Assembly: GCA_030264375.1 (NCBI GenBank) | Contig: JASCQW010000081.1 | Coordinates: 53,313,614-53,377,613 of the forward strand | Source of the DNA: Carcharhinus longimanus | Lineage: Eukaryota | Length of the DNA stretch: 64,000 bases | Reading direction: 5' to 3' | Notes under the pieces: model-generated | Told to the model about the DNA's origin: nothing | Seen by the model: only the letters and a program-made list of their open reading frames with translations | Database searches by the model: none | Program-made: the position numbers and the translations under genes | Shown: piece after piece, positions 39,446-52,826 of the stretch | Position numbering within the stretch: position 1 is the stretch's first letter | How the letters are laid out: each line of letters begins with the position of its first letter

Positions 39446-39637
39446 GTGGTCATTGAAGATTATCCCCCTTCACAGCTGATGGAAGACAATGAAGAGACAT
39501 CTCATTCTTTGGATTTGGTACCTCAACCACCTGAACACCAGCAGAATACCCAGTCATCACAAAATTCTCAGACACAAACTGAATATATTATAATTGAGAG
39601 TGATGAAGATGCAGAAAATGAAGAGGACCAAGAGCAG
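39446..39637 (+). CDS. TPR: TPR exon: VVIEDYPPSQLMEDNEETSHSLDL...YIIIESDEDAENEEDQEQ
   Basis: ttgtag|GTG ... CAG|gtaaaa; 192 nt. Confidence 0.92.
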
Positions 39638-41009
39638 GTAAAAGTTCTGAAGGTGCAATCCAAATCATGCTTAACCTATGAACAATAACAGTGAAAATAT
39701 TACTGAACAGAATATTGCTGAATTGCAGATAATTTGGTGAAAGACTGCATGTTTGGAAAATACAGCACTGAACAGGCCATTCATTCTGTGCTAGTGTTTA
39801 TGCTTCATTTGAACCTCCTGCCATCCTCCTTTCACGAGTGTAATTCCCTATTCTGTTCCCCCTTCCTCCCTGTTATCTTGCTTCCCCTTAAATGTAAATA
39901 CTTTCATGACTCACTGTAGTGGCAAATTCCATGTTCTCAACTACTCGCCAATAAAGAAAAGATTTTTCTTGCATTGCATTCCCTGTTTGATTTGGTGGTT
40001 GTTTTACTTCCCTTAGTGGGATCTCGTTTTGCTTCCCTTAGTGGGATGGAAAGACTAATGTCTATTCTAATATAGTTCATAATTTTAAAGGCTTTTGTCA
40101 AATCAACCACCAGCCTTCTCTCTTTTTCAGGAGAAAAGAGACTCAACCTGGTCATCACCTGATGGGTATAAACCTCAGTTCTGATATTGTGCTTAAGTAT
40201 TTTTTATTATCTCTCCAGGCCCCTCCAGCTGCTCTGTTACATGGCAGTCAGAACTTGGAACCTTGGAGAGATTCAATTATTTTTCTCCTACCTATGTTAA
40301 TCCAGCTGGCCTATAATGGGTTGAACACTTTGCAACCCTTTAAATTTAGGTTTAATGTTAGTTAACTGGTAAACTTCTGGCCACTATCCCTTCCTAACCT
40401 ATAATATGTGTGATTTTGCTCCTGTTGTCTCTTTGAATTATTTTCTAATGCGTTGATGTAATCTATCTGGACGAGGGTCTTCTCATGTGGTTTTTAGCTT
40501 ATTTAATATTTCTCATTTTGCTTTAAATATAGCTGTATCATTTCTAGCAATATCTTCGAATATGCCCACCTTATCTGTCTCCTATTAAATACTGAAGCAA
40601 ATAACAAGAATTATGATATGTTGCTTAATTTTAATGAATTGTGTGGAATTTACCTGTTTTAGTATGTATGTGTCTCAAATCACTCTACGACCAATTAGGT
40701 ACTTTCGCAGTGTTACCACTGTAGAGAATATAGGTGGCAGCAGTCATCATCCCGGATCCCTGCAAGTGATAAATCAAATAAGTAACGAGATCATCGATTT
40801 CAGCTGTTATTTCAACACCAAAAAGTATTTGCAGAAGTAAGGCCAAGAATGCTCGTTTGGAAGGATAAACTTTCTTAATTCAACTTCACTGAAATTAGAG
40901 TCATAGACGTTGGCAACTGATTGAAATCCTGAAGTGAGAAATTGATGCGACCCTGCCTGATTAGTCATCTAATTCTGCTCATATGTTGGATGATGGCTTC
41001 TCTATAAAA

Positions 41010-41205
41010 GAGTGCAATGTCCCCTTCCAGTTGTATCTGGAATTAAGAATCTACCGATGACCATGAAACCATTGTTGTTTGTCAGAAAAACCCATCTGAT
41101 TCACGAATGCCCTTTAGGGAAGGAAATCTGCTGTCCTTACCTGTTCTGGCCTATATGTGACTCCAGTCACAACTGTGTGATTGACTCTCAATTGCCACCA
41201 CCTAA
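41010..41205 (+). mobile_element. SINE-like remnant, different family
   Basis: aaaacccatctgattcac...ctttagggaaggaaatctgctgtccttacct, recognised from memory as an abundant shark repeat. Confidence 0.55.
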
Positions 41206-41372
41206 CTAATGTTTTGTTTGAGTCAAGATATCTGCATGTGAAAATTTTGCAGAAAAGGAAGTTTAAGAGCAGAATATAATGAAAGAAGCTTATTTTGGAA
41301 ATGTATATTTTTGCCTTTGAGAGGTGCAAACTTGAGGTTCTGACCCCATTAATTGTTTTTGGATCCTTCTAG

Positions 41373-41474
41373 GAGGAATATGATGAGGATGATGATACTG
41401 GAATTGAAGATGGTGACGATAGTAATGGGGCTAGTCCTGATGGTGAAGATAATTATGATGGTGCTGATGCAGAG
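41373..41474 (+). CDS. TPR: TPR acidic exon: EEYDEDDDTGIEDGDDSNGASPDGEDNYDGADAE
   Basis: ttctag|GAG ... GAG|gtatgc; 102 nt. Confidence 0.92.
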
Positions 41475-43310
41475 GTATGCAAAAATTGAGGTTGGAAAAT
41501 CCTTTGAGACTCTGGAATATAGAAATGGGTGAAGTGAGCTAAAATGTGTGATTTATTTTGATTGAAAGTGCCTCTTCCAGAAACTTTACTTTTTAAAAAA
41601 TAAATGATTTCCTTGTGTCAATCAATGAAATTGGATGAATACCGATTGAGGTTGTATGCTTGATTTTAATGAGTCTGCACCAAGTATTCGGATGTCAACG
41701 TACTGGATTCCAGTTATTGTTTGCATTGTATGCAATGTTGTTCACTGTGATGGGTACAGGGTTAGGTCATATAAGTCTTCAGCATGTTCAGCCATTGATC
41801 TGTACCTTGTATTTACTGGTTCATGCTCCATATCTTTGACGTCCAAAAAAATTATCAATCTCGTGCCATAAAAATTGACCCAACATCCACAGTCTATGTT
41901 GAGGTGGAGTTCCACTTTTTCAAGATCCATTGTGTGGAAATAATAGTTCCTTATGATCTCACTTCAGAAGAACTTATTTCTTTTACTCTCTCCCATTGAC
42001 TTCCTTTATTATTTTAAACACTGTAATTGTATTCCTCAATCTTCTAAAACAGGATTATTAACACAAGTCAGGTTCATGCAACCTGCCCATCATCATTTGA
42101 CCCTTTAATTCCTAAATTCTCTCCGGTTAATCTGTGCTGTATCCCCTTCAAGGACAATGTAATTTTCCTGAAATTTGGTGATTAAAGCTAAATATTGTCT
42201 TCCAGATGGGCTGTCATCAAGTCTGTACAACAGGAGCATCACTTGAATTCCACTTGATATAACTGTCAGCGTTCCATTAGCCTTTTTAATTTTATTTGGT
42301 ATCTACTCAAACTTCTAATGATTTATATAGCTGAAAAACCAAATCTTTTTGATAACTCCATACCATGTGTTCTCGGCATTAAATAAATTCAGTGGCATAT
42401 CTTGGAATTGAGATGATGACCCCACACAACTTCATGTTTAACTCTGACAAAGTTGTTCACACTCATTCAGTATCGTCGCCCCTTTAACTTCCTGGTGTCT
42501 CTACAATTTGCTCTATGCACCCTAACTTGTTTCATAAATTTGAGTATGTAGCTCTCTCCCTTCATTTAAGCCATCTTTATAAACAATATCAGATGTCTTC
42601 TGATTAGCTACCAAAAACTGAAGCCAAGTGATTATTATTTAACAAATAGTGACTCTTCTCCTTTTATAGGGTGTGTAAAGGGGAGGCCTTTTGGGTCAAA
42701 GTGGTGTCTGTCAATTTTGGTCATCCAGTACCTCAGCTGAGCTGTCTGCTGTCAATTATTGACCAGTCAGCTGTGGCTCATTACTGGGCATTTTATTTGA
42801 CCTGTGGCAGAAACTGGTATTTTAGAGTTGACCAGTTAGTATCTCATCCAATAACCACAGGCCAATATCCAAGCCATTAAATTAATCCTATCTACACAAG
42901 TTATGGGCAGATGATCAGTGATTTGTGATGGTAGGTAACAACTGCTATCTAAGCTTTTTGGACTTTATGTTCCCTATGGGCAAAAAGTAGTGTGGCACAT
43001 TTAAGGACAGGTCATTTACTTGTAAGAAGTTCAGTAGCTTTTATCAGGAAGAAGTATGTATTTTGAATTCTGCCTATTTGTAAATTTGTCACTGAAGTGA
43101 CAAATGAATTTAATCATAAATTTGCATAGTGTTTCTTAAAGTAATTAGCTTAATATGCTGCTTCATTTTGGCTCTAACTTTTTATTGCCATTATTAAAAT
43201 CACCTGTGTTTGAGTAATGAGAAGTGGAATTAGTGACTACTTAAATTTTGAAGTTAAGGAGCTTGTGACATTGATAATCAATTGCATCTTTTTCTCCACT
43301 TTTCACATAG

Positions 43311-43401
43311 GGCGCAGATGGGACAGAGCCTAGCACAGATAATGAGCAAAGTGGCAGCACTGGTAAGGATGGAGAAAGTACCCAAATGCCAGAAGACAAT
43401 T
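43311..43401 (+). CDS. TPR: TPR exon: GADGTEPSTDNEQSGSTGKDGESTQMPEDN
   Basis: acatag|GGC ... T|gtaagt; 91 nt, phase 0/1; alternative same-phase donor after 43362. Confidence 0.88.
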
Positions 43402-44151
43402 GTAAGTATTGGTAAATTCCTTGCATTTAAACACCAGAAAAGATGAATAGTTACCAATCTAATTGGGGTTAAAATTGCATACTGTAATTTTGGTAATAAA
43501 TGCCTCTGTGAAGTTCCTTTCTTGCCTATTTTACAAATTTTACTAACTTACAGAAATGTAGATTGGTCATGTTGCAATACCAGACAGCAGAGTTTGATGT
43601 AAACTATAAATATTTCTGGATGGTGTTTCAGATCCTTTGTAGTCTTATCTTGCAGTATTCTGTATTCCAATATCCATGAAGGTCAGCATAAGGTTTGTAT
43701 ACAGCAGAATTGGTCAGTGAGGTTGAAAGATCCAATTCTTAGTTTTGTGCTAAGGAACCTGAAAAGGTATCACCTGCAGATTGACACTGAAAATCGCATC
43801 TTTCCCTTAACTGAGTCTAGTGCAATAGTTAAGCAGCAATGATCAAGGTCGCAGCAATGATCAAGATCACAGCAATGTTAATAAATGGAGATGTTCAAAG
43901 CATCTCGACAATTGATCCATATACTTTTATCTTGCACAGTAGCTTATTTTAGTCAAGTATATCTACTTAAATTGATTAAATATGGTGCCTGGAATTGTAC
44001 CTCATTTTTGACTGGTCTAAAATTTCAATTTGTAAAGTTTGCAATTGCAACACCAGATAGTTTAAAGCTACTTGTCCCATTGATCATGGGACAAAGTGCT
44101 GAATTTGGACACAGTTTTCTTGGAAAAACAATAATTGTTTCTTGTTGTCAG

Positions 44152-44333
44152 CAGCTGGAGGTGAAGGCAGTGTCCCCACTGCGGAGTCTTATACCACAGA
44201 AACTTCAAGAGATCAAACCATGTCTGAAAGACAGACTCCACGACCTCTACGATCACCACGAAGGCCACCTCATCCTCTTCCTCCACGATTAACAATTCAG
44301 CCTCCAGCACAAGAACTGGGACCACCTGCACAG
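44152..44333 (+). CDS. TPR: TPR exon: [12 protein letters not shown]...[36 protein letters not shown]
   Basis: tgtcag|CA GCT (CAGCAG acceptor) ... CAG|gtatcc; 182 nt, phase 1/0. Confidence 0.95.
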
Positions 44334-45049
44334 GTATCCTGACTTAAATGCTGTTCATTGTACTTTTTGACTGCAACCCCAAGCTTTGGGGGACAGTTCT
44401 CTAGCTAAGCAAAATAGCTTTCACTATTGTCCATAAACTAAATTCAGTGGCAATGTTTGTGTAAAGCTTAAGGGCATGATAAATTTACATTGACTGCAGA
44501 TTTTGACTTGGAAGCTCATTCAGAATTTTTCAGTTACGTCAGAAGTTTAGCGGTAAATCCATTGATTGCAAATTGTTTGCCTTGAATTCTGTTTTGTGTC
44601 CCAGTTAGAAAATTGAGACTGCAGCTTTTTTTGGCATTTCAGAGTTTCCCAACATTATCTGGTCCTGCTCCATGAATTCTACAATGTGTAAGTGTGCTAA
44701 TCTAGCCTTGTGCTCTAACTTCTGTCCAGCAGAAAGAGCTGCACCTTGGAGGTTGCAAGTTTGTGTTGATGACTTGAGCACTTTAATGCAAATTATGATT
44801 GCTGAGGATCTTTTCCCCATTTCAGTTTTCCCTCCCTTTGATCTAATCACTATCACAGGTTTGAATCTCCCTTGAATGCATTGCCATTTACTTTGCATCC
44901 TCAATCTCTAGATGTTCATTTTAGACATCTGTTGTTTTCTTACCAACAGAAATATCAGCCTTCCGTTTTCCTCTTGTGTTGACATCCATACCCAACAAGC
45001 TAACACCAATCTAATTTTCTCAATTCCTTTTGTATCCTGCCTATTACTT

Positions 45050-46290
45050 ACTTGGACCGGATGTGGCTGTCGCTGGCTACATCAGCATTTATTATCCATC
45101 CCTAGTTGCCCTTGAGGTGGTGGTGGTCAGCTGTCATCTTGAACTGATGTAGTCCCTGAGATGTCAGTGTACCCACAGTGCTCTGAAGGAGGCAATTCTA
45201 GGATTTTGATCAAGTGACAATGAAGGAATGGCAATATATTTCCAAGTCAGGATGGTGAGGGACTTGGAGGGAACCTTCTAGGTGGTGGCATTTCCAGGTA
45301 TCTGCTTTTTCCTTCCAGATGGGTTTGGAAGTGCTGCCTAAGGAACCTTGGTGAGTTGTTGTAGTGCATTTTGTAGATGGTGAAACATTGTTCAACAGTG
45401 GCGGAGGGATTTAATGTGGAAGGTTTCCTTTCCTTGGATGGTGTTGAGCTTCTTGAGTATTGTTGGAGCTGCACCCATCCAGGCAAGTGGAGAGTATTCT
45501 ATTGCACTCCTGACTTGTGCCTTGTTGGTAGTGGACAGGCTTTGGGGAGTCAGGAGGTGAGTTACTAGCTTCATGATTCCTAGCCTTTGACCTGTTCTGG
45601 TAGCCACAGTATTTATATGGCCAGGCCAGTTCTGTCTCTGGTCAGTGGTATCACCCAGGAACTTGACAGTTGAAAATTCAGCATTGGTAATGCCACGAAA
45701 GGTCAAGAGATAATGGTTAGATCATCTTTTTGGAAATGGTTATTGTCCGGTACTTGTGTGGCATGACTTATTTGCCACTTGTCATCCTGAACCTGGATAT
45801 TGTCCATGTCTTGCTGCATTTGTACATGGACTGCTTCACTGTTTGAGGAGTTGCAAATGATGCTGAACGTTGTGCAGCCATCAGTGAAAATCCCTACTTG
45901 AGGAAGGAAGGTTATTGATAAAGCAACTGAAGATATTAGGTTGCACTATTGCACTACCCCGAGGAACCCTTGCATTGATGTCCATGACCTCCAATCACCA
46001 CAGTCAACTCTTTTTTTTGTGCCAGTTATGACTCCAGCCAGTGGAACGTTTTCCCCCTGATTGCCATTGTCTCCAGTTTTGCTAGGGCTCCTTGATGCCA
46101 CATTTGGTCAAATGTAGCCTTGATGTCAAAGACAGTGAGATCACATCTCTGGAGTTCAGCTCTTTTATCCATGTTTGAATTAAGGCTGTATTGAGTTTAG
46201 GAGCTGCATGACCCTGACAGAACTCAAAATTGAACATCTGTGAGCCAGTTATTGCTAAGTGCCATTTGATAGCACTGTTGATGACTCCTT
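45050..46290 (-). mobile_element. Degenerate LINE (CR1/L2-group RT 3' half)
   Basis: VKFLGDTTDQRQNWPGHINTVATRTGQRLGIM...KAQVRSAIEYSPLAWMGAAPTILKKLNTIQ. Confidence 0.82.
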
Positions 46291-46304
46291 TTGAGTCATC
46301 TGGA

Positions 46305-46660
46305 GGAGGAGGCTGTGTAGGGTAACAAAATTTGCTGATGACACGAAGATGAGTGGAAAAGCGAATTGCGTGGAGGATGCAGAAAGTCTGCAGAGAGATC
46401 TGGATAGGCTGAGTGAGTGGGCGAGGACCTGGCAGATGGAGTATAACGTTAGCAANNNNNNNNNNNNNNNNNNNNNNNNNNNNNNNNNNNNNNNNNNNNN
46501 NNNNNNNNNNNNNNNNNNNNNNNNNNNNNNNNNNNNNNNNNNNNNNNNNNNNNNNGCGGGAAAGTGGAACTGATCCACTTCAGATCAACCATGATCTTAT
46601 TGAATGGCGGGGCAGGCTCAAAGGGCTAGATGACCGACTCCTGCTCCTGTTTCTTCTGTT
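46305..46660 (+). mobile_element. Young CR1 copy
   Basis: KFADDTK motif; LQRDLDRLSEWARTWQMEYNV; 3' UTR after gap. Confidence 0.9.
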
Positions 46661-47094
46661 CTTTGGTTAGGTTGGATTTGTCCTATTTGTGCAGATGGCA
46701 GTGTTGTAGCAGATGGATTAACAAATTTAACAACTATGCACATTTATTAAAGCAGGTTTGTACTACAAAACAGAATGATGGTTCAGATTGTATTAGTACA
46801 ACATTATTATGACATTAAATAGATCTGCCTCGCACAAGGAATCCCCAAACTTTTTCCTTTCCTGTGAATGATTTGGAGCAAAGACAAGTTCCTATTCATC
46901 AGAAGACTCGAAGAAAAATGGTAGGTAGAAAAAGAAAATGCTTTGTACAAGAACAGTTTATTGCTGTTATAATGGGTGCCTTCTAAGTTGTAAGTTAAGA
47001 GTATGGCTTGCCTCATCAGTTTTGAATGATGGAGTTGACGTTTGTGCAATTTTTGCAGTTTTTTGTTTGTAAGAATAGCTTTTCTGTTTTTCAG

Positions 47095-47166
47095 CGGTTC
47101 CCACCAGCAAGGCGGCCTTCATCAAGCCGAGGAGGAATCCAGCTTACTCCTGGTGTTGGAGGCGTG
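47095..47166 (+). CDS. TPR: TPR exon: RFPPARRPSSSRGGIQLTPGVGGV
   Basis: tttcag|CGG ... GTG|gtaagt; 72 nt. Confidence 0.94.
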
Positions 47167-48329
47167 GTAAGTAACAAAGTAGTTGAAATACACAATTATA
47201 AAATTATGCAGTGTAATATTTTGCCACTTCTTTGCAATGCTATTTGTGATTTTCATCTATCCTCTTCAAAAAAAAAACTTTTAATTTGACTTGCTGGATT
47301 AGTAGTTATCCAAAATTGAACTTTCCACTGTCGAGGCTTCAGATAAACTTGCATTCATCTATTATCAAACTGGATGTTTTCCCAACTTATTTAGTTGAAT
47401 GGCCACTTTTAAATGAGTTAATAATCACACATCCCAAATCGAACTATCATATCTGCAGGAAAGTGCTGCATGTATAGAATGTTTTTTAAAAAACAGGTGT
47501 GATTACTTGGAGTAGCAATTTGAGAACAATTTCACAACTACTGACAGTGATCAGACATACTCGAATTCAAGGAATTTGTGATTTAACTAAGTTTCTTGCT
47601 TACCAAACGGTTGGCTATATTTTACTTTTAAATCACATTGAATACAAATAATTAATCAAATTGGTAGATGCTTAGGCTCGAAGCAGGTTATTGTTTAAAC
47701 TAAATTTGTAAAGACCTGCCATAAACAGATGAATTTCCTTCCCTCCAACTCTATTACAAAGCGCTTATTTGACCTGAACATTCTTGATCTGTTAAAATTG
47801 AGCCCTTTTTGTGCTAATTGCCTAAAGAGTTTAAGTTGTTACGTGATGAAATATTAAGTAATTGAACTGATACCTTTGCAAAATTGCAAACTTAATATTA
47901 CACGCTGGGAATAGCAGGACAGGCAACTTTTTGATGGCACTTGTTCACAGTACAAGTCCAAATTGCACTACAGCAGTAGGTGGCCTGCTCCTCCCACCAA
48001 AAGTAAATGCAAGATGCTGCTCAAAGTCATAACCCCTCAAGGCATCACTACAAAGTAGGTGGCAGCTTTTTGGATTGAATATTTTTCAAGCCACAATGAG
48101 GGGTTGCACTATTAACCTCTGGAAATGGCCGGCATCCCTTTTTGTCTACCATCTCTTTTTGTATTTTTCTTCTCACTCTCCTGCATCCGCTTGCAATTAT
48201 CTAACGGACCCTCTGGAATATCTCCACAGACCTCTAGGGATCTTGGTTTGAGAACGACTTGCTGAATTAATAGCAAAATGCATTACGTCCACTTGATAAA
48301 ACTAAATGCATTCTTTGTTACATGTAGGC

Positions 48330-48620
48330 AATGCAAATCAGCCATGCTTGCACAACAAGCATGGATTAACTGGTTAGTCTGTTTTTGGAATTGGTTAAGG
48401 AAGGAATGTTGGCTAGAACACCAAGAATGTCGGGCTCTTTGAATAGTGCCAGTAGATCTTTTGTCTGCATCTGCATAAGGCTCCTGTTAAAAGTCTCTGG
48501 TGATGGAAATTATCTTTAAATGCAGCTCACAATCTTGTGTTGAAATGTCAGTACAGATTGTGATCAATTTCTGCAGTGGTGTTTTAGCCTCCAACCTTCT
48601 GACGTGGGTGATGCTGCTGG
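48330..48620 (-). mobile_element. Ancient Deu-domain-like SINE remnant
   Basis: ctctttgaatagtgcc...atctttt...catctg resembles the DeuSINE core as recalled; very degenerate. Confidence 0.4.
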
Positions 48621-48907
48621 AAACTAGAATATAACATGAAAAATGGAACCTGCTTTGCTATTCTGCAAGATTGTGGCTTATCTTTAACTTCATTCCTTGA
48701 AGTCCAACTTCCATCTGTTTTGGTCTTGAGCAATTCAGTAGCCCTCTCGAAGAGAATTCCAAAGATCCATAACCTGAGTTAAAAGATTGACTGATTATCC
48801 CAGTTCTGGGCTCCACAGTCTGGGGGGAGAAAAGCCCCTCAACCTACTCTTTCAAGACCCCTCAATCTTTCATCCAGCACCTAAAAGCCCCATTCAACTT
48901 CCTTTCT

Positions 48908-49210
48908 AGAATCATAGAATCTCTACAGTTTAGAAGGAGACCATTTAGTCCATTGAGCCTGTACTGATGACAATCACAGCCAGGCTCCATCCCCCAAACC
49001 CAACGCATTCACCCCACTAATTTCCTGACACTGAGGCAATTTATCATGGCCAGTCAACCTAACCTGCATACCTTTGGACTGTGGGAGGAAACCGGAGCAC
49101 ACAGAGGAGAAACACGCAGATATGCAAACTCTGTACAGATAGTGACCTGAGGCCGGAATTGAACCTAGGTGCCTGGCGTTGAGGCAGTCATGCTAACCAC
49201 TGCCACCATG
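48908..49210 (-). mobile_element. tRNA-derived SINE (HE1/V-SINE-like)
   Basis: Full-length similarity to 2981-3314. Confidence 0.85.
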
Positions 49211-49598
49211 AGATATGCTTAATTTTGGGATGTGTTGTTCAGGCAACAACACATTTGAAACTTCCAGTCATAAATGCAGAGAACATTTATTTCCCTGACT
49301 GTATAATGCTACCCCCATTGCTTTGTTTCTCCCTCTACGTGGATGGTTCCCTGTATTATCAGTTTATTCACCCTCCATACAGTCCTCATTGTCATCTGCA
49401 TAAGAAGCTAATCTGACTTTTTTTTAAAAATAGGAATGCTATTTTCGATAACAATATTTAACCTCGTACAAAACTAATTTTGAAATTCTGGAAACACTTC
49501 TCATTTTGAAATACAAAATGTACTGTAGTTAAGTATAACACAATTCCCGATCTGCCCATAACTGGTATCCTCTAACTTGTCTTGACTTTGTTTAACAG

Positions 49599-49690
49599 CA
49601 GCACTTCTTTGATGAAGATGACAGGATGGTACCAAGTACACCAACTCTTGTTGTGCCTCATCGATCCGATGGGTTTGCAGAAGCCATTCA
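49599..49690 (+). CDS. TPR: TPR exon: [30 protein letters not shown](H)
   Basis: taacag|CAG CAC ... CA|gtaagt; 92 nt, phase 0/2. Confidence 0.96.
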
Positions 49691-49894
49691 GTAAGTAAAT
49701 TTCTGAATTATATCGAATAGCTTGTACAGTGCCTAATGAGCTACCAAACCCGACATGTTGAATTCTGACGTGGATGTCTTTTGTCGAGTAAAAGCTTTCA
49801 GAATTTTTGCTTGGGTACTTCAAAGAGTTCAGCAGCAACATCTATTATTGCAGAATAAGATTGTAAGTAAAATACTGGGTATGAGGTCATTGCT

Positions 49895-50235
49895 TGTTTA
49901 AACATCTTGAGGAGAATTGTTTGATAGAGCAGATGCAGCACGGTTTCGTTAAGGGGAAGTCGTGTCTGACGAACTTATTGGAGTTCTATGAGGATGTGTC
50001 TAGGGCAGTGGATAGAGGAGAGCCGGTGGATGTGGTGTTTCTTGATTTTCANNNNNNNNNNNNNNNNNNNNNNNNNNNNNNNNNNNNNNNNNNNNNNNNN
50101 NNNNNNNNNNNNNNNNNNNNNNNNNNNNNNNNNNNNNNNNNNNNNNNNNNNCAGATCAGCCATGATCTTATTGAATGGTGGGGCAGGCTCGAGGGGCTAG
50201 ATGGCCTACTCCTGCTCCTATTTCTTATTTCCTTA
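49895..50235 (+). mobile_element. Young CR1 copy
   Basis: QHGFVKGKSCLTNLLEFYEDVSRAVDRGEPVDVVFLDF; 3' UTR after gap. Confidence 0.9.
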
Positions 50236-50631
50236 TAGGTGATGTTTGGGTAGCTGGTGCAGGGATGGTGGGCCTCCTGCACTATAGCAATTGTGATTCT
50301 ATAAAAGCATTGTATTTGTTTTCTGATAGAAACAAGATTCTGAAATTGTACTTAAGTGAGTCAAAGTATTTTAATATTAGAGATGCCAAATACCAGAAGT
50401 ACTCCTTTTCTGAATTTTCTTAACTTGAAATTGCCGTCAGGTAAACAGACTTTTTTTGCATTGGCATGTTTATTGAAATAGCTTGTTGAAAGCTGAGCAA
50501 CTGGTGGTATTGTGAACTATTCAATATCTGATGCCATTAAACACACATTGCAGAGAACTTTAGGTAGCAGACTTAGTTTTATTGTTTTCTACGTGACTTG
50601 AACTTAAACTCACATTGGAAGCTGTGGTTAG

Positions 50632-50738
50632 TTCTCCACAGGTCACTGGAGTGCCTCGGTTCAGGTTTGGACCACCTGAAGATATGTCTCAGTCCAGTTC
50701 AAGTCAATCAGACCTTGGGCAGTTGGCATCGCAAGGAG
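50632..50738 (+). CDS. TPR: TPR exon: [35 protein letters not shown]
   Basis: ggttag|T TCT ... G|gtaatg; 107 nt, phase 2/1; acceptor has almost no pyrimidine tract. Confidence 0.93.
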
Positions 50739-51144
50739 GTAATGTTATTACAAGAATGTAAAAATTATAACATGAAAAGAAGATATTGCAATTAATGTTG
50801 AAAGGGGAAAGGTACATGAGGTAATTGGGACTAAATTTCACTTGCTTTTGTTTTATCCATAAGTGCTTCTATTTTTTACAGGGTGAGTGAGTGTCAATAA
50901 ATATACAACTAATTTCACAGAATAATACTTAATATATTTCATTGAGGGGGAAAATGGTTGTTATTCACTTAGAACTTGAATATGGTTTTCTTTCATGTAT
51001 CAGTCCTCCACTGTTTTTGTGTGCTAAATTGAAGCCTTAAACGTCACAAGTAACTGAAAATTGGCAAGTTTCAAATGATTGCAGTAGCAATTTAGGCTAT
51101 GTGCATTCATTGTTCATACTGCAGCAATGGTTGAGTTAAGCGCT

Positions 51145-51472
51145 AGAATCCCTCCAGTGCCAAAGGAGGCCCGTTGAGTCTGCATCGACTCTCCGACAGA
51201 ACATCATTATCTCAGCCTACACCGTGCCCTATTCGTGTAACCCTGCCAATCCCCCGAACCTACACACCTTGGGACACAAGGTCAATTTATTGTGGCCAAT
51301 CCACCTAATCTGTGCATCTTTGGATTGTGGGATGAAAACAGAGCATCATGGAAAAGAATCCATGCAGACATAGGGAGCATGTGCAAATTCAACACTGACA
51401 ATCACCCAAGGCTGGAATTGAACCCACATCCCTGGTGCTGTGAGGCAGTTGTGTTAGCCATTGCCATTGTGC
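51145..51472 (-). mobile_element. tRNA-derived SINE (HE1/V-SINE-like)
   Basis: Similarity to 2981-3314 and 48908-49210. Confidence 0.82.
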
Positions 51473-51706
51473 TGCAATAAATATCATTCCATGAAGAAAC
51501 ACTGAAAGAAAATGCAACAGTTTCTTCAAAGAGATCTAAAATGCTACTATTACTGCTCTTTTAATACCATGAAAGCAACAATGCAGCAATAGATTGCAAA
51601 AATTTAGATCTGCTTACTACGATTGTTGCAGTGATTTGTGGGATATCTGCTTATTCTGATTTTTGTTCTTGACTTTGTTAAGTCACTGGTCTCCTTGCCT
51701 TGGTAG

Positions 51707-51808
51707 GGTTAGGAATGTATGAAACTCCCATTTACCTTGCTGCTGTTCATGAAGATGAATCTGGAGGCCGTAGTGTACCTACTACCCCACTGCAAGTTCA
51801 TGCACCAG
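51707..51808 (+). CDS. TPR: TPR exon: [34 protein letters not shown]
   Basis: tggtag|GG TTA ... G|gtatgt; 102 nt, phase 1/1. Confidence 0.96.
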
Positions 51809-52474
51809 GTATGTGTTTGTTGAATTTATCTTAATTGGAAGAACAGCTGTCCTGGGAGAGTGATGGAGTTATTGCATTGATACTTACAAAGAAGATATTT
51901 ATACTTCTGATTACTACACTTTTCATATTGTTTGTACTACACATTTTGGGCAGATAGTTTCTGTAGCAGAATTTCTGGGACACAGCTATTGCTGTTACAA
52001 GTGAAATTGTATTATTTAGCCAATTTCCACAGTTACTCTGTAAAAAAAAAAGAGTAGGTGTGTTCCTTATTGAAAGTTGCAACATATAGCATCATTAATT
52101 ACATCCTGAAAAATGCTCGATCTATCCTGAGCCCCCTCCCATTTCTCATCTACATCATTTTCTTAGAGGCATAATCTAAAAACACAATGGTCTGGATTTT
52201 CTCCTGTGATGAATGGATGGCACTGGTCATTAATTATAGTGCTTCATAAACTTTCAATGGCATTTTGCATTGGAAATAAGAGGCATGCTGTTCTCTAAAG
52301 AAAATCTTGGATCTTTATAAGTAAGCTGTTTAGCTGTTTATCTACTCAACCAGTTAAAGTATCATTAATAAACAGTATATAGAGTTTGAATTTGTCAAAT
52401 CAGATACAAAAAATTAAATATTAGGGTGAAGAAAGTTAGTATTTGGAAAGAGATAAGTGATCAGGAAAGATGTA

Positions 52475-52826
52475 TTTTAAATCTCTGGAATTCTCTGCCC
52501 GTTGAAGTGGTGGCAGCTACCTCGCTAAATATATTTAAGTCACGGGTAGATAGGTTTTTGATAGACAGGGGAATTAAGGGTTATGGGGAGAANNNNNNNN
52601 NNNNNNNNNNNNNNNNNNNNNNNNNNNNNNNNNNNNNNNNNNNNNNNNNNNNNNNNNNNNNNNNNNNNNNNNNNNNNNNNNNNNNNNNNNNNGAATTAAG
52701 GGTTATGGGGAGAAAGCGGGAAGGTGGAACTGATCCACTTCAGATCAGCCATGATCTTATTGAATGGCGTGGCAGTCTTGAAGGGCTAAATGGCCTACTC
52801 CTGCTCCTATTTCTTATGTTCTTATA
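52475..52826 (+). mobile_element. Young CR1 3' end
   Basis: NLWNSLPVEVVAATSLNIFKSRVDRFLIDRGIKGYGE plus ttcttatgttcttat tail. Confidence 0.9.

Noticed and set aside
43833-43877. 18-bp tandem repeat, about 2.5 copies
   Set aside because: Ordinary minisatellite
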